From positions 120,001 through 152,000 of the forward strand of contig CP003263.1 of assembly GCA_000331975.1 (NCBI GenBank): a DNA stretch of 32,000 nt. The letters are read 5' to 3'. The notes beneath the pieces are model-generated. The model had not been told where the DNA came from, did not search any database, and saw nothing but the letters and a program-made list of their open reading frames with translations. The stretch is from Candidatus Uzinura diaspidicola str. ASNER. GTDB lineage: Bacteria; Bacteroidota; Bacteroidia; Flavobacteriales; Blattabacteriaceae. Below are positions 27,522 to 32,000 of the stretch, piece by piece (the stretch's first letter is position 1; each line of letters begins with the position of its first letter). The translations under genes were made by a program, and so were the position numbers.

Positions 27522-27765
27522 AAAATCTCTTTCAATAAAAGAATTGAAAAATATTTATACATTTTTATTTCATTACAAAGCAAATAAATTAAATATAAAA
27601 AAGGAGATAGAAAAACGTTTTAATGTAACTGTAAAAACAGTTAGAACAATGATTTTACTTATTAAAAAGATGCGTAAAAAAAACAGTAATAATAATTATA
27701 GTAAATACAGAAAAATAAAAAAAGTCTTTATAGAATTAAAAGAAGGTCAATATATAGAAGTATAA
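27490..27765 (+). CDS. rplW: 50S ribosomal protein L23
   Basis: Position between rplD and rplB. The translation ITEKS......YTFLFHYKANKLNIKKEIEKRFNVTVKTVRTM fits L23. 91 aa. Confidence 0.88.
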   Translation: MIYFIKSIITEKSLSIKELKNIYTFLFHYKANKLNIKKEIEKRFNVTVKTVRTMILLIKKMRKKNSNNNYSKYRKIKKVFIELKEGQYIEV

Positions 27766-27778
27766 CAAATTATTTCTT

Positions 27779-28579
27779 ATGTCATTAATAAAATATAAAC
27801 CTAAAACTCCTTGTCAGAGATTTAGAATAGCAAATACTATTAATATAATAAACAAATCTCTTCCAGAAAAATCACTAACAAAAGGTATTTCTTCATCGGG
27901 AGGAAGAAATAACGTTGGTAAAATGACTATGTGTTATTTAGGGGGAGGTCATAAAAGGAAATACCGTATTATTGATTTTAAAAGAGATAAAATAGATATT
28001 CCTGCAACTGTAAAAACAATAGAATATGATCCTAATCGTTCTTCTTTTATTTCTTTGCTTTATTATATTGATGGGGAAAAACGTTATATACTTTCACAGA
28101 AAGGCCTAAAAATAGGAAAACAGGTAATTTCTGGGACCAATGTTCCTCCAGACATAGGAAATTCTACATACTTAAATAAAATTCCTTTAGGAACTATTAT
28201 TTCATGTTTAGAAATACAACCAGGGCAAGGGGGAAAAATAGCTCGTAGTGCTGGCTCTTATGCTCAATTAGTTGCAAGAGAAGGAAAATATGCAACTATT
28301 AAACTCCCATCAGGAGATATTCGTATTGTTTTAAACAATTGCAGGGCAACGATAGGCTCAATATCTAATTCTGATAAACAGTTTGAAGTCTATGGGAAGG
28401 CTGGTAGAAATCGTTGGTTAGGAAAAAGACCAAGGACAAGAGCTGTTGCTATGAATCCTATCGATCATCCAATGGGTGGGGGAGAAGGAAAAGCCACTGG
28501 TGGTCTTCCTAGAAGTAGAAAAGGAATTCTTGCTCATGGTTATAAAACTGTTTCAAAAAAAAGAAAAACTAAAAACTAA
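27779..28579 (+). CDS. rplB: 50S ribosomal protein L2
   Basis: GRNN.GKMT...[15 protein letters not shown], plus RGVAMNP-like [17 protein letters not shown]. 266 aa. Confidence 0.96.
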   Translation: MSLIKYKPKTPCQRFRIANTINIINKSLPEKSLTKGISSSGGRNNVGKMTMCYLGGGHKRKYRIIDFKRDKIDIPATVKTIEYDPNRSSFISLLYYIDGEKRYILSQKGLKIGKQVISGTNVPPDIGNSTYLNKIPLGTIISCLEIQPGQGGKIARSAGSYAQLVAREGKYATIKLPSGDIRIVLNNCRATIGSISNSDKQFEVYGKAGRNRWLGKRPRTRAVAMNPIDHPMGGGEGKATGGLPRSRKGILAHGYKTVSKKRKTKN

Positions 28580-28581
28580 TT

Positions 28582-28854
28582 ATGCCACGTTCATTAAAAA
28601 AAGGACCCTATATACACTATAAATTATATAAAAAAGTGCTTGAAAATACCTCTAAAAAAGTTATCATAAAGACTTGGTCTAGATCTTCTACAATTTCACC
28701 TGATTTTGTTGGATTTACTATAGCCGTATACAACGGTAGGAAATTTATTCATGTAAATATAACAGAAAATATGGTTGGACATAAATTAGGAGAGTTTTCT
28801 CCGACCAGAACATTTAGTAGACATTCTTTTTCTAAGAAGAAAAAGAAAAATTAA
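28582..28854 (+). CDS. rpsS: 30S ribosomal protein S19
   Basis: [10 protein letters not shown]....L.KKV, then [44 protein letters not shown]. Confidence 0.95.
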   Translation: MPRSLKKGPYIHYKLYKKVLENTSKKVIIKTWSRSSTISPDFVGFTIAVYNGRKFIHVNITENMVGHKLGEFSPTRTFSRHSFSKKKKKN

Positions 28855-28856
28855 TT

Positions 28857-29261
28857 ATGGGAAGAAGAAAAAGAATAAACGCTGAAAAGAGGAAAGAACT
28901 TAAAAAACATATTGTTTTTTCTAGTTTAAGAAATATAAGAATTTCTTGTAGAAAAATAAGAATTGTAGCTGATTTGATTCGTAATATGGACGTAGTAAAA
29001 GCTTTGTCAGTATTAAAATATAATAATAGAAGAAATATATCTATTATTTTAAGTAAAATTCTGTTATCTACTATTTCTAATTGGAAAAATAAGAATAAAA
29101 ATAGTGATTTATCTAATTTATATATTAAAGAAATTAAAGTAGATAGAGCACGAATTCTTAAAAGAATCCAACCGGCGCCACAAGGAAGAGGTCATAGAAT
29201 AAAAAAATACTCTACTCATATAAATATTACATTGCAAAAATATTTATGGGACATAAAATAA
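28857..29261 (+). CDS. rplV: 50S ribosomal protein L22
   Basis: Position, plus [14 protein letters not shown]...V..AL..L and [20 protein letters not shown]. 134 aa. Confidence 0.92.
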   Translation: MGRRKRINAEKRKELKKHIVFSSLRNIRISCRKIRIVADLIRNMDVVKALSVLKYNNRRNISIILSKILLSTISNWKNKNKNSDLSNLYIKEIKVDRARILKRIQPAPQGRGHRIKKYSTHINITLQKYLWDIK

Positions 29262-29962
29262 ATCCGATTTCTAATCGACTGGGCTTTATAAAAGGTTGGT
29301 ACTCAAATTGGTTTGGAGGGAAAAACTATGGAGAAAGAATAAAGGAAGATTATGAAATACGAAGATATATTGAAGAAAATTTTTCAAAGGCAATTTTATC
29401 AAGAATATATATAGAACGAACACTTAAATTTATTACTATAACGATTACAACTTCTCGTCCTGGGATTATTATTGGAAAAGGAGGGAAACAGGTAGATGAA
29501 ATGATAAAAAAAATAAAAAAAATTACTAATAAAGAGATTCAAATCAACATATTCGAAATACATCATAGAACTTTAGATGCACTTTTATTAGCCAATAATC
29601 TAGCAATTAAGATTTCTAATAGAGTATTCTATAAAAAAGCTATAAAAAATGCTATTAATGATGCTTATTTTAGAATGGATGCTGAAGGAATAAAAGTGCA
29701 AGTATCTGGTCGTATAAATGGTGTAGAAATGGCAAGAACTGAATCTTACAAAGAAGGTAGTATTCCTTTATCTACTCTTAGAGCTGATATAGACTATGCA
29801 AGTGCAGAAGCAAATACTTCTTACGGTATAATTGGTATAAAAGTATGGATTATGAAAGGGGAGATTTATCAGAAACGTAAAAATTTATATTCTATGTTTT
29901 CTATGTTAGGTTTTATTAAAAAAAGAAAGAAAAATAAGATTTATAAAAATGTTACAACCTAA
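29246..29962 (+). CDS. rpsC: 30S ribosomal protein S3
   Basis: [13 protein letters not shown], the KH-domain motif [10 protein letters not shown], and [11 protein letters not shown]....[13 protein letters not shown]. 238 aa. Confidence 0.95.
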   Translation: MGHKINPISNRLGFIKGWYSNWFGGKNYGERIKEDYEIRRYIEENFSKAILSRIYIERTLKFITITITTSRPGIIIGKGGKQVDEMIKKIKKITNKEIQINIFEIHHRTLDALLLANNLAIKISNRVFYKKAIKNAINDAYFRMDAEGIKVQVSGRINGVEMARTESYKEGSIPLSTLRADIDYASAEANTSYGIIGIKVWIMKGEIYQKRKNLYSMFSMLGFIKKRKKNKIYKNVTT

Positions 29963-30383
29963 AAAAACTAAATATAAAAAAGAACAAAAAGGGCGTATAA
30001 AGGGTAATGCTATGAGAGGTAATATGCTTTCTTTTGGCACTTTTGGATTAAAAAGCTTAGAGTCCAATTTTATTACCTCTCGTCAAATTGAAGCAGCACG
30101 TGTAGCAGCTACACGCTATATTAAACGAGAAGGCCAATTGTGGATTAATATTTTCCCAGATAAACCACTTACAAAAAAACCACAAGAAGTAAGGATGGGA
30201 AAAGGAAAAGGTATAGTAGAATTATGGGTAGCTACTGTAAAACCTGGTCGTATTTTATTTGAGTTGAGTAGCAATATTACATTAGACAACGCAAAAGAAG
30301 CTTTACGTCTAGCTGCTCAAAAACTACCTATAAAAACTAAATTTATCATTTCTAATGATTATACGTTTTCAAACTTAATTTGA
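29949..30383 (+). CDS. rplP: 50S ribosomal protein L16
   Basis: [55 protein letters not shown] stop. Confidence 0.95.
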   Translation: MLQPKKTKYKKEQKGRIKGNAMRGNMLSFGTFGLKSLESNFITSRQIEAARVAATRYIKREGQLWINIFPDKPLTKKPQEVRMGKGKGIVELWVATVKPGRILFELSSNITLDNAKEALRLAAQKLPIKTKFIISNDYTFSNLI

Positions 30384-30406
30384 AGAATTCTTATATTCAG
30401 CTTAAT

Positions 30407-30661
30407 ATGAAAAGAAATTTAAGAAAAGAAAAAATTGGGCTAGTAACCAGCAATAAAATGAATAAAACTATTATTGTATCTGAAACTAAACGTGTAAAAC
30501 ATTCTACTTATCTGAAACCTATATCTATAACTAAAAAATATATAGCTCACGATGAAAATAATAGTTGTAATATAGGAGATTTAGTTCAATTAATGGAGAC
30601 ACGACCACTAAGCAAAAGTAAACGTTGGAGATTATTTGGGATAATAGAAAAAGTTAAATAA
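30407..30661 (+). CDS. rpsQ: 30S ribosomal protein S17
   Basis: [37 protein letters not shown]...[30 protein letters not shown] moved the start to ATG 30407, because the TTG at 30380 overlaps the rplP stop. Confidence 0.92.
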   Translation: MKRNLRKEKIGLVTSNKMNKTIIVSETKRVKHSTYLKPISITKKYIAHDENNSCNIGDLVQLMETRPLSKSKRWRLFGIIEKVK

Positions 30662-30662
30662 A

Positions 30663-31031
30663 ATGTTACAACAAGAATCTATACTTAGAGTAGCTGATAA
30701 TACAGGTGCAAGAAAAGTATTACTTATTCGTGTTTTAGGGGGGGGGAGGAAACGGTTTGCCTGCATAGGAGACCGTATAGTAGTTTCAGTAAAAGAAGCT
30801 ATCCCATCAGGTAATATTAAAAAAGGAGAAATTTCTAAGGCAGTTGTTGTTCGTACAAAGAATAAGATTCATCGTAAAGATGGATCTTATTTATCTTTTG
30901 ATGATAATGCTTGTGTTCTTATTAACACTTCAGGAGAAGTTAAGGGGACTCGTATTTTTGGACCAGTGCCTAGAGAATTAAGAGAGAGACAATATATGAA
31001 AATTATTTCATTAGCATCTGAAGTACTTTAA
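30663..31031 (+). CDS. rplN: 50S ribosomal protein L14
   Basis: [26 protein letters not shown] and AVVVRTK. 122 aa. Confidence 0.96.
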   Translation: MLQQESILRVADNTGARKVLLIRVLGGGRKRFACIGDRIVVSVKEAIPSGNIKKGEISKAVVVRTKNKIHRKDGSYLSFDDNACVLINTSGEVKGTRIFGPVPRELRERQYMKIISLASEVL

Positions 31032-31322
31032 ATGTTAAAAATTAAAGTAGGAGACAAAGTTATTGTTTTAAGTGGACAATATAAAGGAGTTAAAGGGAAG
31101 GTAATTAGGATTCTGCCTAAAGATAATAAAGCAATAGTAAAAGGTATTAATTGTAAAAGTATGGGTGGAGTTGGACAAGAATCTCCTATTTATCTAAATA
31201 AAATAGCACTTATCGATCCTATAAATGGAAAACCAACAAGAATAGGATTTGAATTTAAAAATGGAATAAAACATAGGATAGCAAAACGCTCAGGTACAGA
31301 ACTAAAAAAGAATTTAAAATGA
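31032..31322 (+). CDS. rplX: 50S ribosomal protein L24
   Basis: [22 protein letters not shown] (KOW motif), plus position. 96 aa. Confidence 0.92.
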   Translation: MLKIKVGDKVIVLSGQYKGVKGKVIRILPKDNKAIVKGINCKSMGGVGQESPIYLNKIALIDPINGKPTRIGFEFKNGIKHRIAKRSGTELKKNLK

Positions 31323-31867
31323 CTTATATTCCAAGAATAAAAATATTGTATAAAGAAAAAACTAAAGTCTTTATAGACGAGAATAAATATTCTTCGTCTA
31401 TGCAAATACCAAAACTACAAAAAATTGTTTTAAACAAAGGTATTGGAGGTTTTTTTGAGGATAAAAAAATGATAGAACATGCTATTGAGGAAGTCAGTGC
31501 AATAGCTGGACAGAGAGCTGTTATTTGTCTTTCTAAGAAAGATGAGGCTGGCTTTAAATTGCGTAAAGGAATTCCAATAGGAATTAAAGTTACTCTAAGA
31601 AGAGATAAAATGTTTGAATTTTTAGATCGTCTTATTACTATAGCAATACCAAGATTACGGGATTTTAATGGAATTAGTAATAAAGGTTTTGATGGATATG
31701 GAAATTATACGATGGGAATATCGGAACAAATAATTTTTCCAGAGATATCTATTGAAAAAGTTAAACAAATTTCTGGTTTGGATATTACTTTTGTAACATC
31801 AGTTAAAAATAATAAAGAGGCATTCTCTTTATTGAAACATCTTGGATTACCTTTTAAAAATGGCTAA
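31319..31867 (+). CDS. rplE: 50S ribosomal protein L5
   Basis: [48 protein letters not shown]. 182 aa. Confidence 0.95.
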   Translation: MTYIPRIKILYKEKTKVFIDENKYSSSMQIPKLQKIVLNKGIGGFFEDKKMIEHAIEEVSAIAGQRAVICLSKKDEAGFKLRKGIPIGIKVTLRRDKMFEFLDRLITIAIPRLRDFNGISNKGFDGYGNYTMGISEQIIFPEISIEKVKQISGLDITFVTSVKNNKEAFSLLKHLGLPFKNG

Positions 31868-32000
31868 AGAATCTATAAAAGCACGAGAAATTAAACGTAA
31901 AAAATTGTGTTCTAAATACGAGAAAAAGCGTAACGAACTAAAAAAATCCAGAGATTATGATGCCTTACAAAAACTACCTAAAAATTCATGTACTGTTCGG
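31860..32000 (+). CDS. rpsN: 30S ribosomal protein S14, N-terminal 47 codons; the 3' end lies outside the window
   Basis: The ATG at 31860 overlaps the rplE end by 8 nt. The translation [47 protein letters not shown] stays open to the window edge. Position after rplE supports the call. Confidence 0.88.
   Translation, partial: MAKESIKAREIKRKKLCSKYEKKRNELKKSRDYDALQKLPKNSCTVR

Noticed and set aside
2297-30406. N-terminal extensions in the ORF track for tilS (2297), pdhC (4624), rplM (19763), rpsB (20574) and rpsQ (30380)
   Set aside because: The extensions overlap the preceding gene and add non-homologous residues. Internal ATG or GTG codons give N-termini that match the protein families.
26862-31322. 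Possible alternative genetic code (UGA read as Trp), as in some tiny symbiont genomes
   Set aside because: TGA ends rplC (26863-26865), rplP (30381-30383) and rplX (31320-31322) at normal protein lengths. Trp is encoded by TGG throughout. The standard bacterial code fits.
19951-31405. Minus-strand ORFs 19951-20154, 21492-21674, 23840-24088 and 31190-31405
   Set aside because: They lie antisense to rplM, tsf, fusA and rplX/rplE. They are shadow ORFs.
1-32000. Scanned for transposases, integrases, phage genes, toxin-antitoxin pairs, restriction-modification or other defence cassettes, and orphan multi-gene clusters
   Set aside because: Every ORF of 60 aa or more is a recognisable housekeeping gene, a pseudogene fragment or an antisense shadow. 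No unexplained coding cluster remains.

Overview
This is a strongly AT-rich, tightly packed window of housekeeping genes with no mobile DNA. It looks like a reduced Bacteroidota/Flavobacteriales insect endosymbiont. The lineage signals are a flavobacterial-type LepB N-terminus, rpmB-rpmG-DUF4295, rsfS-ftsH, a split transketolase, and fusA running straight into rpsJ with no tuf. I cannot name the species from sequence alone.

Left to right, the window holds:
- the lpdA 3' end, obg, tRNA-Lys(UUU), aroK, tilS, pdhA and pdhC;
- on the minus strand, dapB, a lepB remnant, aroB and gyrA;
- tRNA-Leu(GAG) and a reduced RNase P RNA;
- the two transketolase halves, an ABC-F remnant, smpB and a tatC remnant;
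- DUF4295, rpmG, rpmB, rsfS, an ftsH remnant and dnaK;
- a long ribosomal block: rplM-rpsI-rpsB-tsf-map, then rpsL-rpsG-fusA-rpsJ-rplCDWB-rpsS-rplV-rpsC-rplP-rpsQ-rplNXE and the start of rpsN.

I found no CRISPR array, transposon, phage, toxin or defence-like cassette, and no unexplained multi-gene system. What deserves a second look is how the genome is eroding:
1. aroB has no stop codon and reads in frame into gyrA, giving one 1170-codon ORF. The junction sits next to an A7 run where a change of one A either way would restore a stop.
2. Four recognisable pseudogenes lie within 8 kb: lepB, an ABC-F ATPase, tatC and ftsH. Three of them act in protein export or membrane-protein quality control.
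3. There are two perfect tandem arrays. One is a 12-bp unit encoding (NETK)n in the E2 linker. The other is a 14-bp unit repeated six times inside the lepB remnant.
4. rpmC (L29) is cleanly missing between rplP and rpsQ.
5. The 3' end of rnpB overlaps the transketolase stop codon.
6. A11 homopolymers sit inside intact essential genes.

All calls come from reading the sequence and the ORF translations. No database search was run.
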